Shown piece by piece: positions 9,381-18,895 of a DNA stretch of 57,139 nt (its first letter is position 1; each line of letters starts with the position of its first letter). The stretch lies in NCBI GenBank assembly GCA_016218585.1, contig JACRDK010000022.1, positions 1-57,139 of the forward strand, written 5' to 3'. The DNA is from Candidatus Doudnabacteria bacterium (lineage in GTDB: Bacteria > Patescibacteriota > Doudnabacteria > UBA920). Position numbers and translations under genes: made by a program. The notes under the pieces are model-generated. The model worked only from the letters and a program-made list of their open reading frames with translations, was not told where the DNA came from and searched no databases.

Positions 9381-9475
9381 TGTACTACCTCCTTGGTAAT
9401 ATAAAAAGACAACCAAAAATTAGTTTCCTTTTTATGTTGCCAAATAGTTTTTCATAAGTAAAAAAGACTGCTCAA

Positions 9476-10450
9476 TTAGAGCAGTCCAATTTTTTGTTTC
9501 ACTTCCGTTAAAGTTGCCTGGGCAACCGTGCGGGCACGGTCTGCCCCTTGTCCTAAAATTTTTGCCAGATAATCGGGGCGGGCTAACAGTTCCTGTTTCT
9601 TTTCTCTAAAGTTTTCAAAATAAACAGCAATATCTTTTGCCAAGGTCTCCTTGAGTTCGCTAAATTTTAAGTTGCCCTGTTTTTGTTGATCGTGGAAAAA
9701 AGCTACTTCTTCTTTGCTGCCAAAGTGTTCGAGCAAAGAAAATAAATTCTCAACTCCCGGAGACTTATGTCCGGCCTCAGAAGCGGTTACGGCTTTTTTC
9801 AGTTTGCGGGAAATCTCAGCAGGGGAGTCATCCATTAAAATTGCTTCATCGCCGGTCTTGCTCATTTTTTTTGCCGGGTCGGCCAGAGACATAATCCTTA
9901 GTGGTTTGCGCATAAAAGTATGAGGCTCAGGAAAAACTTTGCCGAAGCGGTTGTTAAATTTTCTGGCCACCACACGAGACAATTCCACATGCTGGGTTTG
10001 GTCTTCGCCAACTGGCACGGCTGATGGTTTGTACATTAAAATATCAGCAGCCATTAATGCTGGGTAAGTTAGCAGGCCGGCATTGATATTCTCTTTATGA
10101 GATTTAGATTTATCTTTAAATTGAGTCATCCTTTCCAGTTCGCTTAGCGGCAGTATACAGTTAAAAATCCATGCCAGTGTGGCGTGCTCTAAGATATGAT
10201 TTTGCAAAAAGAACACTGACTTTTCTGGGTCAATGCCAGCAGCTAAATAAGTGGCCGCAACATCTAAAGTGTTTTGGGAAAGCTCATCAGGCTTAAATGG
10301 GGTAGTAATGCCGTGAAGATCGGCTATAAAAAAATAGCAATTATGGCCTTGGTTTTGTAGCTCTACCCATTGCTGCAGTGCGCCTAAGTAATTGCCTATA
10401 TGTAGTTTGCCCGAAGCCCTAACTCCGGAGACAATAGTTTGTTTTTCCAT
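9476..10450 (-). CDS. trpS: Tryptophan--tRNA ligase
   Basis: 'LHIGNYLGA', 'YPALMAADIL', 'VPVGEDQTQHVEL', 'KMSKT'. Confidence 0.98.
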   Translation of the reverse strand: MEKQTIVSGVRASGKLHIGNYLGALQQWVELQNQGHNCYFFIADLHGITTPFKPDELSQNTLDVAATYLAAGIDPEKSVFFLQNHILEHATLAWIFNCILPLSELERMTQFKDKSKSHKENINAGLLTYPALMAADILMYKPSAVPVGEDQTQHVELSRVVARKFNNRFGKVFPEPHTFMRKPLRIMSLADPAKKMSKTGDEAILMDDSPAEISRKLKKAVTASEAGHKSPGVENLFSLLEHFGSKEEVAFFHDQQKQGNLKFSELKETLAKDIAVYFENFREKKQELLARPDYLAKILGQGADRARTVAQATLTEVKQKIGLL

Positions 10451-10525
10451 AAAATAAGTATAGCAAATAATGGCCGGAAATAAAAAGGTGGCCGCGGAAC
10501 TTGGGGTTCCGCGGCCTTGGAGGGG

Positions 10526-10690
10526 TTAGAAATGTTCCGGGAAGGGGGCTTCAATCTCTGTGACGGATACTATTTCTAGAACCGTCATAGCCGGCTGGGT
10601 GGTTTCCTGTTCGGCGGCGTCGGAGTATACAGCTCCGTCAGTCTCGGAGGGTTTAAAAAAGCTAAACGAATTAAGAATCCACTGGAACAT
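10526..10690 (-). CDS. Small orphan protein, 54 aa (not in ORF track)
   Basis: TGCTATAAT extended -10 (about 10713-10721), AAGGAGG SD, ORF MFQWILNSFSFFKPSETDG...APFPEHF, terminator ggccgcggaac/gttccgcggcc 10489-10516. Confidence 0.6.
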   Translation of the reverse strand: MFQWILNSFSFFKPSETDGAVYSDAAEQETTQPAMTVLEIVSVTEIEAPFPEHF

Positions 10691-10775
10691 TGTGGATCCT
10701 CCTTCGTGGAGGATTATAGCATAAAACCAAAAGCTCCAGCCAGAGCCAGAAATTTGCAGGTTTTTCCTTTGCGAA

Positions 10776-11390
10776 TTAAACTATTTTTCCTATAAAATAT
10801 ATTGTAATGTTGGCCATTACCCAGGCTAAGCCCAATAAAGCAAACATAGTGGCATAATTTTTACTGTTTGGCATTGGCCGCGGCAATGCCGCCAGCTGGT
10901 CTTGAGTCAGCAAGAAGGGGATAGTTGAAAATGAACCATAGACCATAAAAATAAACAGCCAGATTAATGGGTTGAATGCTCCGTATAGCAGAATGCCCTC
11001 AAACAAAACTCCCCACAGGCCGGTTACCCAAAAAACTGCCCAAGAGGAAAAGTCATATTTTTTTAACATATAATACCAGGCAACTACCACCCAGAAGTAT
11101 ATGGTGAGAGCTTGAATAAAATGATGAATTGGGTTTTGGCTGAAACTTTTTTCAAATCCTTCAATTTGCACAAACCATTGGGTTAATCCGCCAAATACAA
11201 CACCCCAAAAAATATAAGCCAGGCCCAATGGCAAGGGAAGTTTGGCTAATGTGAGCCTTAGTCCTGACCAAAGTAAAATTAAAACAAATACGGAAAAAAT
11301 TAAGATAGAAGATATTCCATCCTGCGACCAGCGGATAACGGGCAAGAGAGCGGCAAGAATCAAAAGGGTTTTTAAAATTTTGTTTTTCAT
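10776..11390 (-). CDS. Polytopic membrane protein, unknown function
   Basis: About 7-8 hydrophobic segments; start MKNKILK chosen. Confidence 0.75.
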   Translation of the reverse strand: MKNKILKTLLILAALLPVIRWSQDGISSILIFSVFVLILLWSGLRLTLAKLPLPLGLAYIFWGVVFGGLTQWFVQIEGFEKSFSQNPIHHFIQALTIYFWVVVAWYYMLKKYDFSSWAVFWVTGLWGVLFEGILLYGAFNPLIWLFIFMVYGSFSTIPFLLTQDQLAALPRPMPNSKNYATMFALLGLAWVMANITIYFIGKIV

Positions 11391-11464
11391 ATAGGACGTC
11401 ATCAATTTTAATCAGGATAACAAAAATCCCGCCCCAAGACAATTGGAAGCGGGATTTTTTAAGC

Positions 11465-13315
11465 TTATATTTCAATAACCACTGGAAGCACCATGGGTCT
11501 ACGTTCAGTCTTTTGGTATAAGTATTCGCCGATTTCGTCGCGGACAATGTTGCGCAGGTAGGCATAGTTAGGTTCAAGTTTTTCCTTGCCTTTGCTTTCA
11601 ACTAATTTGCGTACTTCGTGTTTAACTTCGCGAATCAAATCGTCATTGCCTTTCATATAAATGAAACCGCGGGAGATGATGTCGGCTTGGTTAATTAATT
11701 TACCGGTGCGGCGGTCAAGCGTCATAATAATAACGAACATACCGTCTTGGGCCATAACCTGGCGGTCGCGAATAACAACTTCGCCAACATCGCCAATGCC
11801 CAGTCCGTCAATAAAGACATAGCCGCTGGAAATTTTTGAATCTTCGGTAACTTTGGCATCCTGAGCGGATGTTATTTCCAAAATTTGTCCGTTATCTAGG
11901 GCAAAAATTCTGTCGTCGGCAATGCCCATGGTTCTGGCCAAGTCAGCGTGAGCTACAATCATATGGTGCTCACCGTGAATCGGCATAAAGAATTTTGGTT
12001 TAACCAACGCCATCATTAATTTTAATTCTTCCTGGTGGGCGTGTCCGGAAGTGTGGATGTCTAATGTTTTGTTATATATAACGTGGCTGCCTAAGCGGGT
12101 AAGGTTAGACAACATAGCGGAAATAGCGCGTTCGTTGCCTGGAATAGGGGAGGCAGAGACAATGGTGGTGTCGCCTTTTTTAATTTTAACGGTTTTGTGG
12201 TCGCCGCGGGCAATGCGGGCCAAGCCGGCCGCTTCTTCGCCTTGAGCGCCGGTGGTTAAAATTAAAATTTGGCTATCCGGAAATTTTTTGGCAATTTCCG
12301 ACTTTATAATAATCTTTGGCTGGATTTTTAAATAACCCAGGGAAAGAGCGATTTCAATGTTATTAACCAAGCTGCGCCCGGTAACAATAACTTTGCGGTT
12401 GTATTTTGCCGCTGAATCAAACACCTGTTGAATACGGGAAATGTTGGTAGAGAAGTTGGCAAAAATTATGCGTCCCTTTATGTCGGCAAAGGTGCGGTCA
12501 ATGGTTAAGCCAATTTCGCGTTCAGATGCGCAGTAGCCGGGCTTGGTGGCATTGGTCGAGTCGGACATTAACAAAGTTACGCCCTCGGCTCCAAATTTAG
12601 CGATTTTATCAAATTCGGTAGGTTTGCCGTCGGCCGGGGTATGGTCAAACTTCCAGTCAGTGGCATAAACAATTTGCCCGACAGGAGTGGTAATGCATAA
12701 GCCAACAGAATCCGGAATGCTGTGATTTAATCTAAAGAAGCGTACTTTAAAATTACCCAAAGTAAGCACGTCATCTTTAGTTAGGGTGTGAATTTTGGAA
12801 CGGCCTAATAGGCCAAATTCTTCCAAACGCTTTTTAATAAAAGCAGCGGTGAGGCCCATAGTATAAACTGGCGGGTCGCCAATTTTCGGCAAAATGTAAG
12901 GTACGGCGCCAATGTGGTCCAAGTGGCCGTGGGTAATAATTACTCCGCGAATGCGGCGCTTGTTTTCTTCCAGCCATTTTGTGTCCGGAATAATGTAATC
13001 AATTCCGGGCATGGTGTCGTCCGGAAAGGCGAGTCCCATATCAATTACAATTAAGTCGTCGCCGAATTCCAGCACGGTCATATTTTCACCGACTTCTTCC
13101 ACACCACCCATCGGGATAATGCGCAAGTTTTGCCTGGAAGCGGTGTAGCGGCTGGTATTTAAAGCAGTCGCCGGTTTGTTGCCGGAAATTAATCCGGTGG
13201 CCTTGTTAATTAACATATCAAGGCGGTCGGTTTTCTCTGGTTCTTGTTTGGCAAAATTATTCGGCCTATTTTGGTGGGCCGGTTTGTTGTGCCTGTGGTC
13301 TTGTCTTTTTATCAT
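11465..13315 (-). CDS. rnj: Ribonuclease J
   Basis: 'IIPMGGVEEVGENM', MBL motif 'THGHLDHIG', 'NHSIPD', 'HTSGH', 'PIHGE', C-terminal 'RRPMVLPVVIEI'. Confidence 0.97.
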   Translation of the reverse strand: MIKRQDHRHNKPAHQNRPNNFAKQEPEKTDRLDMLINKATGLISGNKPATALNTSRYTASRQNLRIIPMGGVEEVGENMTVLEFGDDLIVIDMGLAFPDDTMPGIDYIIPDTKWLEENKRRIRGVIITHGHLDHIGAVPYILPKIGDPPVYTMGLTAAFIKKRLEEFGLLGRSKIHTLTKDDVLTLGNFKVRFFRLNHSIPDSVGLCITTPVGQIVYATDWKFDHTPADGKPTEFDKIAKFGAEGVTLLMSDSTNATKPGYCASEREIGLTIDRTFADIKGRIIFANFSTNISRIQQVFDSAAKYNRKVIVTGRSLVNNIEIALSLGYLKIQPKIIIKSEIAKKFPDSQILILTTGAQGEEAAGLARIARGDHKTVKIKKGDTTIVSASPIPGNERAISAMLSNLTRLGSHVIYNKTLDIHTSGHAHQEELKLMMALVKPKFFMPIHGEHHMIVAHADLARTMGIADDRIFALDNGQILEITSAQDAKVTEDSKISSGYVFIDGLGIGDVGEVVIRDRQVMAQDGMFVIIMTLDRRTGKLINQADIISRGFIYMKGNDDLIREVKHEVRKLVESKGKEKLEPNYAYLRNIVRDEIGEYLYQKTERRPMVLPVVIEI

Positions 13316-13399
13316 GTGATTTTTGCTCGGCCGTAAATAAAACGGGTAAGCTATATTAATGTGTTCAAACTAAAAAAGGTTTGAACATTACTTATTAGG

Positions 13400-13560
13400 G
13401 AGTCTGTTACCAAATATCATTTTGGCTACAGTTTAAAAATTTTGGTCACTCGGCCAAAAAAATTTATCAGCTTACCTTTGGGTAAACATCAAAATTTATT
13501 TTGACCGATTGCCTCAAAATTTTGAAACCTCGCCTTAAAAGCCTATTTGGCAACAGACTC
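13400..13560. mobile_element. MITE-like element with 17-bp terminal inverted repeats
   Basis: GAGTCTGTTACCAAATA...TATTTGGCAACAGACTC (1 mismatch); interior also self-complementary; no ORF. Confidence 0.65.
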
Positions 13561-13839
13561 ATATTTTGTTTTCCCTTTTAAGTGGAATCTATACCGACCT
13601 AAAACGGATCTTGCGACAGTGCGCAATTAACAAATTGCAAACAAAAAGAAACTTTCTAACTGCAATTTATTAACTGAGAATTTTTTTGATTTCAGGGGGG
13701 AACTAACTATTTCTATAATTATATCATTAACCTGTTTTTTTGTCAATTTTCGGATATCTGCATTTTCCGGTTTAGCATCCATTTTACAATGTCGCCAAAG
13801 CTATTTTGGCCAAAGGCCAGTTGTAGCTTTGGCAAAGGC

Positions 13840-13926
13840 TGGTGCCCAGGAGAGGACTCGAACCTCCACGGGATTTCTCCCACACGTACCTGAAACGTGC
13901 GCGTATACCAATTCCGCCACCTGGGC
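13840..13926 (-). tRNA. tRNA-Leu(CAG)
   Basis: GCCCAGGTGGCGGAATTGGTATACGCGCACGTTTCAGGTACGTG..long variable arm..GGTTCGAGTCC..CTGGGCACCA. Confidence 0.97.
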
Positions 13927-14060
13927 AAAGTAACTTAATTCATTAAAAATTCTCAAAATAATATTACACATTTTTCCTCGAACAATCAAATACAAGAGGG
14001 CAAATTTTGACTCTGGTTTGATATCCGCGCAATCTACTTTTATTCGCGTATCCGCGAATA

Positions 14061-15815
14061 TTATTTCCAAACTCTCTTCTGCTCAATGTACCAGTTGTTT
14101 ATGTCGTAAAAGCGCTGGTATGGTTCATAGAGAATTTTTATGCCCACATTTTTTACCTTCTGATCCAGCGCGTAAATGTATTCTGTTTGGTCCAGGTAGA
14201 TTACAGGAAAAGCAGCGGAAACTATATCTCTAAATTTTGCGTAGTTTTGTTCTCGCAATTCCTTATTGGTTGTGGTGCGAGCTTCCGTTATAAGCTTGTC
14301 GGCTGCGGAATCCTGGAAGCCGGTAAGGTTTACGCCCGGGTCTTTTGTTTGGCTGGAGTGCCAGAACAGGAAAGGGTCCGGGTCGGATCCAAATTTTTGT
14401 GGGAACAATAAAATATCAAAAGTCCGGGGTTTAATTAAAGTATCGGTAAGCTGTTTGCTTGGTAAAATTGTCAGGTTAACCTTAATATTTAAAGCCCGCC
14501 ATTGGTTGGCTAAAAGCTCGGCCGCTTTGGAGTTAACTAAAGAATCATTGGTGGCAATGGTTAGTTCTAATACCGCGCCTTTTTTGTTAAGCCGCAAGTT
14601 GGACTGTTGGTCGACGTTCCATCCGGCAGCGCTTAATAATTCATTGGCCTTGGCAACATCCGCCGGGGGGTTTAATTCTTCGCTATTCTGCTGTTGTTCA
14701 AACAACATTGGAGAAACCGGCAGCAGGGCATTATTTTTAAATACCTGGTCAATTATTTGGCGTTTGTCTGTGGCCAGCGACAGAGCTTGGCGAACATTTT
14801 TATCCGCTAAAATTTTATTATTCAGGTTAAAAAATACAACCTGATACTGCGGCAAGGGAATTTTAAAAACCTGAGCTTCTGTTTGCCCGTCCTGCAAATA
14901 TAAATTGCTGCCCAAAGGAATGAAGCCGAATCCGCTAATCTCTCTGCTGTGGAAAGCGTTGAGAATGTCGTCCTCCGAGTCATAGAACTTTATTACCAGC
15001 TGTTCAATTTGTGGTTTGTTGGCGTAATAATATTGGTTGGCCTGCAAATCTATTTCTTCTACTTTGCCGCTCGGCAGCTTTTTAATTTGCTTTATGGCAT
15101 ATGGCCCGCTGCCAATTGCCTCTAAATTAAATTTAGACAACAGAAAATTTTGGGAATCTACTTTGCTCCAAATGGTTTGCGGCAAAATTGGCAGGGTTAA
15201 ATTTTCCAGAAAAGGGCCGGAAATATCCTTAGTAGTAAACTTTACGCTGTAATCGGATAGTTTTTCCACGGTAGTGGCTTGCCACAGCGGACGGAGAGGG
15301 CTTTTATAAGATGGGTCCTGCAATAGCTGGATAGTGTAGATTACGTCATCGGCGGTAAAGCTTTTTTCATTGTGCCATTTTACGTCGCGCCTTAAGTTGA
15401 TGGTGTATTGTTTCTGGTCGTCGGAAATTACAGGCATTCCATCGGCCAGGTCGGGAGAAAGTTGTCCGTTGGCGTCGTATTTATAGAGGCCGGAAAAAAC
15501 CAGCTGGGTAAGCGACAGGTCCGGCTCTTGCCTGGCTAACAGGGGATTAATGTAAGTAGGCTGTCCCAATAGTCCTTCACTATAGACTCCGCCCGTGGCT
15601 GGCACCGGAGTTGTGTGTCGGTAATAAAAATTTCTTGCGGAAATAATAAAACTCAAAGCGGCAAGTAAAAATAATATTGCCAAGGCTATTTTTTCGTTTT
15701 TTCCCAATAAAGAAAAAACTTTCCGCAATCGGGAAAGGCTTAAGTGCTTCAGCTCTTTTGTTCCTGAAGCCGCGGTTCTGGTGTAGGAGATTAAGTTGTG
15801 AGCAAAACTGTTCAT
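14061..15815 (-). CDS. Membrane-anchored ABC peptide-binding protein (OppA/DppA, SBP family 5)
   Basis: N-terminal TM; 'INPLL', 'LVFSGLYKYD...PDLA', 'KWHNEKSFTADDVIYT', 'IGSGPY', 'VRQALSLATDK'. Confidence 0.9.
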   Translation of the reverse strand: MNSFAHNLISYTRTAASGTKELKHLSLSRLRKVFSLLGKNEKIALAILFLLAALSFIISARNFYYRHTTPVPATGGVYSEGLLGQPTYINPLLARQEPDLSLTQLVFSGLYKYDANGQLSPDLADGMPVISDDQKQYTINLRRDVKWHNEKSFTADDVIYTIQLLQDPSYKSPLRPLWQATTVEKLSDYSVKFTTKDISGPFLENLTLPILPQTIWSKVDSQNFLLSKFNLEAIGSGPYAIKQIKKLPSGKVEEIDLQANQYYYANKPQIEQLVIKFYDSEDDILNAFHSREISGFGFIPLGSNLYLQDGQTEAQVFKIPLPQYQVVFFNLNNKILADKNVRQALSLATDKRQIIDQVFKNNALLPVSPMLFEQQQNSEELNPPADVAKANELLSAAGWNVDQQSNLRLNKKGAVLELTIATNDSLVNSKAAELLANQWRALNIKVNLTILPSKQLTDTLIKPRTFDILLFPQKFGSDPDPFLFWHSSQTKDPGVNLTGFQDSAADKLITEARTTTNKELREQNYAKFRDIVSAAFPVIYLDQTEYIYALDQKVKNVGIKILYEPYQRFYDINNWYIEQKRVWK

Positions 15816-15865
15816 GACTAAAAGCAATAAATGCCCGGGTCTAAGAGGCGCGGGCTTTTAGCGCC

Positions 15866-16093
15866 TTACTTGCTAGTGAACAAGAAACTGATATTAATTG
15901 CTACAAAAAGTATGCCGAGGACAATGGTGGCATAAAATAACCATTTCTCAAAACCTCTTCTGGTCTGGACAATGTTGCCGGCGCCGCCGAAAACATTGGA
16001 CAACCCTGAAGATTTATTTTGCAAAGCAATAGCAATAATTAATAAAATCATTACTAAAATGTTGGAAAACTTGAGAAATGTGCTGAAATTCAT
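15866..16093 (-). CDS. secG: Preprotein translocase subunit SecG
   Basis: Two TMs; 'LQNKSSGLSNVFGG...TRRGFEKWL'. Confidence 0.92.
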   Translation of the reverse strand: MNFSTFLKFSNILVMILLIIAIALQNKSSGLSNVFGGAGNIVQTRRGFEKWLFYATIVLGILFVAINISFLFTSK

Positions 16094-16223
16094 AGAAATT
16101 TTAATGTTTGGGTTAAAGTAATTCGCTCGCCCATTATACAAGAAAAAGGGTTATGGTGTCAACCGGAAGTCCGGAGTCAGAAGTCTGAAGCGTGTGGTTT
16201 TTTTGAGCTATTGGTAATTAATG

Positions 16224-18197
16224 TTACAGGCTTTGTTTAATTGTTTGAGCTAATTTTTTTCCTACTAGCATAGCCAAATCATCTTCACTCGCTTTTTTAA
16301 TTTCCGCGACGGTTCCGAATTTAGTCTTGAGAAGTTTTTTTGTTTTTGGCCCTATTCCCGGGATGTCGTCTAGCGCGGATTTAACGGCCTGCTTACTGCG
16401 TAGATTTCGATGGAAGGTAATGCCAAAGCGATGAGCTTCGTCGCGAAGGCGCTGCAATAGCTGGAGACCCGGCTGGTCGTGGCCTAAAATTATGGGGTGC
16501 TCTTTGTTTGGTAAAAATATTTCCTCTATTCTCTTCGCTAATCCGATAATTGGGATTTGGGTTTTAGAATTTGGGGTTTGTTTAGAAATTAGAAATTTGG
16601 GATTAGAAATTCTTAATGCCGTCAAAGCGGCATTAAGCTGTCCTTTGCCGCCGTCTATTACAATTAAATCCGGTTTTGGCCAATGCGTTTTGTCTGTTTT
16701 GCTTGATTCTTTATTCTTGATTCTTGCCATCCTACGTTTAAGCATTTCGGTCATCATAGCAAAGTCATCCGGGGTGTTTTTGCCGTAAATTTTGAATTTT
16801 CGGTATTCGGATTTAGCCGGCAACCCGTCTTTAAATACCACCATGCTTCCAACAGGATTTGTTCCCTGAATATTGGAAATATCATAACACTCAATGCGCT
16901 TGGGAATGGCTTTGAGTTTTAAAGTTTGCTGAAGCTGGGCCAAGGAAGCATTTATTTTGTCTAAATGGCCGGCTTGGGCTGACATCCAGTTTTTTAAATA
17001 TTCATCGGCATTGGCCGCTCCAAGGCTAATTAACTTTGCCGCCTGGCTTTTTTGCGGGACGGAGATTTTTATTCTTTTCTTGGTATGCTGAAAAATTATT
17101 CCGGCAACATCACTCTCGCCATTAATAGGATATTGCAAAAAAATTTCTTTGGGCAAGCTGCTGGTCTCCAAATAATATTTTTGCAAAAAAGTATTTATTA
17201 TTTCCGAAGCCGCGGCTTCGTGGCCATTTTGCCGCCAGAGGGAGGGGAGTTGATAAATGAAATTTTCTTTGTCGAACAGTTTTCCCCCGCGAACTTTAAA
17301 CAGGTTTATGCAGGCATTGTTTTCCGCGGCAGCCAGGGAAATAACATCCCAGTCAACTTTTTTTGCTAATATGACATTTTGTTTTTCCGTAAGCAATTCC
17401 AGGGCGCGCAATTGGTCGCGCAGCCGGGCGGCTGTTTCAAATTTCTTTTGTTCCGCGGCTTTTTGCATTTCTTTTTTTATTTCGCTGTAAACCCCGGCCG
17501 TGTCGCCCTGCAAGAATTTTATTATTTTTTCCAGGTGGCGATTATATTCATCTAAGCTGATTTTTCCTATACACACTCCAGGGCAGCGGTGCATATAGTA
17601 GTAGAAGCAGGGACGGCTGCTTACTTTGTCATTAGCGCAAAAAGAAAAAACCTTCCGTACCAAATTTAATGTGTTGCGGATTTTATAGGCGGCAGAGTAG
17701 GGACCGAAATAACGCGATCCTAATCTCCGAATGCCATCCCTGCCTACCGAGCAGGCAGGCGAATTATCCGAATTGATCCCTTTCGGGGTATTCGGATGTA
17801 ATTTGTAATATTCGGATCGTGTCTCCACTTTTCTCGCATAACCGATTTGCGGGATTTGGGTGGAGTAGTCAATTTTTATAAAGGCGTAGTTTTTGTCGTC
17901 CTTTAAATCAATATTAAATCTTGGGGAGTATTGTTTAATTAGCGTATTTTCTAAAAATGCGCTCTCTAATTCATTATTAACAACGGTATAATTTATATCC
18001 GCGGCTTCCGCCATTAAAAAAGGAATTTGCGCTCTGGTGTCATCGTGCCCGAAATATTGTCTCACCCGGCTGCGCAAATTTTTTGCTTTGCCCACATACA
18101 AAACCCGTCCCTTAGCATCTAAAAATTGATAAATGCCCGGCTGCTGGGGGAGTTGCGAGGTTTTTGATTTAAGGTTTTTTGAACTGCTTGATTCCAT
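16224..18197 (-). CDS. uvrC: Excinuclease ABC subunit C
   Basis: GIY-YIG 'PGIYQF..VLYVGKAKNLRSRV', 'YFGPY', 'RIECYDISN', 'PDLIVIDGGKGQL', 'LRDEAHRF', HhH. Confidence 0.97.
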   Translation of the reverse strand: MESSSSKNLKSKTSQLPQQPGIYQFLDAKGRVLYVGKAKNLRSRVRQYFGHDDTRAQIPFLMAEAADINYTVVNNELESAFLENTLIKQYSPRFNIDLKDDKNYAFIKIDYSTQIPQIGYARKVETRSEYYKLHPNTPKGINSDNSPACSVGRDGIRRLGSRYFGPYSAAYKIRNTLNLVRKVFSFCANDKVSSRPCFYYYMHRCPGVCIGKISLDEYNRHLEKIIKFLQGDTAGVYSEIKKEMQKAAEQKKFETAARLRDQLRALELLTEKQNVILAKKVDWDVISLAAAENNACINLFKVRGGKLFDKENFIYQLPSLWRQNGHEAAASEIINTFLQKYYLETSSLPKEIFLQYPINGESDVAGIIFQHTKKRIKISVPQKSQAAKLISLGAANADEYLKNWMSAQAGHLDKINASLAQLQQTLKLKAIPKRIECYDISNIQGTNPVGSMVVFKDGLPAKSEYRKFKIYGKNTPDDFAMMTEMLKRRMARIKNKESSKTDKTHWPKPDLIVIDGGKGQLNAALTALRISNPKFLISKQTPNSKTQIPIIGLAKRIEEIFLPNKEHPIILGHDQPGLQLLQRLRDEAHRFGITFHRNLRSKQAVKSALDDIPGIGPKTKKLLKTKFGTVAEIKKASEDDLAMLVGKKLAQTIKQSL

Positions 18198-18267
18198 AAC
18201 AGAATTATATCTGTGGATTGACAGAACTGCAATGTTTGGCTATGTTTTTAATGAAAAGAGGAGTTGA

Positions 18268-18471
18268 ATGGTGAAAGAGGAAAAAAACAACTGCAAGCAA
18301 CTCGCAATTTTGTTCTCGCAGGTCGCATGTCTTTTTGGGCTTGGCTTAATTCTTATTTCGCCATTTTCGCCCTGGCTAGTTTTGGGGGCAGATTGGCTAG
18401 TTAGGATTGAAGCCTGGCTATACAGCAACGGCTGGAGTTACTGGTACTACGGACAAGGAGGCCTGGAATGA
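18268..18471 (+). CDS. Small orphan membrane protein
   Basis: TTGACA at 18218, GAGGAG SD, one hydrophobic helix, W/Y-rich tail. Confidence 0.55.
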   Translation: MVKEEKNNCKQLAILFSQVACLFGLGLILISPFSPWLVLGADWLVRIEAWLYSNGWSYWYYGQGGLE

Positions 18472-18744
18472 TACGATTGATGTCTTTTATGGGGGTGCTG
18501 CCATAGCGCCTTTGTTCAGCTTCTTTTGTAACCGTGTCGTCTCACGGGGGTCGCGTAAAATATGCGCGCCCCCGGTTTTTTGTATCCGCGTTATCTGTTT
18601 TCATCCGCGCATTAGCGATGTGTTAGCCTCTTGCTTGGTCTTGACCCCGGTAGAATCCCGCATAAAATGCCGGGCTCTGCGGGGCGAGAAGTACAATGTT
18701 TAAGGCTGTAATAATGAGTAGCTCTATGATGGGCTTTATAGCTC

Positions 18745-18773
18745 TTGCTTGGTCTTGACATAAGTGGTAGAAT
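18745..18773 (+). promoter_or_regulatory. Probable uvrA promoter
   Basis: TTGCTT-17 nt-TAGAAT with TG extension; 18-nt core duplicated at about 18628-18645. Confidence 0.5.
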
Positions 18774-18793
18774 GATGGCTAGTCTGTTGTTAT

Positions 18794-18891
18794 TTACTAA
18801 ATACGAATTTGTACTAATATACTAATCTTTATTTTATTAAAGATATAAAGGCTTTTGAATTAGTATATTAGTATTTATTAGTACTTAGTAA
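18794..18891. repeat. TACTAAT-family tandem-unit palindrome upstream of uvrA
   Basis: tactaaatacgaat..tactaatatactaat / attagtatattagtatttattagtacttagtaa. Confidence 0.85.
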
Positions 18892-18895
18892 AAAT

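Noticed and set aside
13801-13926. tRNA-Leu (or tRNA-Lys at 44956) as an integration site of a prophage or island
   Set aside because: No duplicated tRNA 3' end and no integrase seen; flanks are host-type genes.
13743-14070. ORFs 13743-13928 and 13801-14070
   Set aside because: They overlap tRNA-Leu.
18407-18703. 98-aa ORF downstream of the small membrane protein
   Set aside because: No SD, overlaps the better-supported ORF, and runs through repeat and promoter-like DNA.
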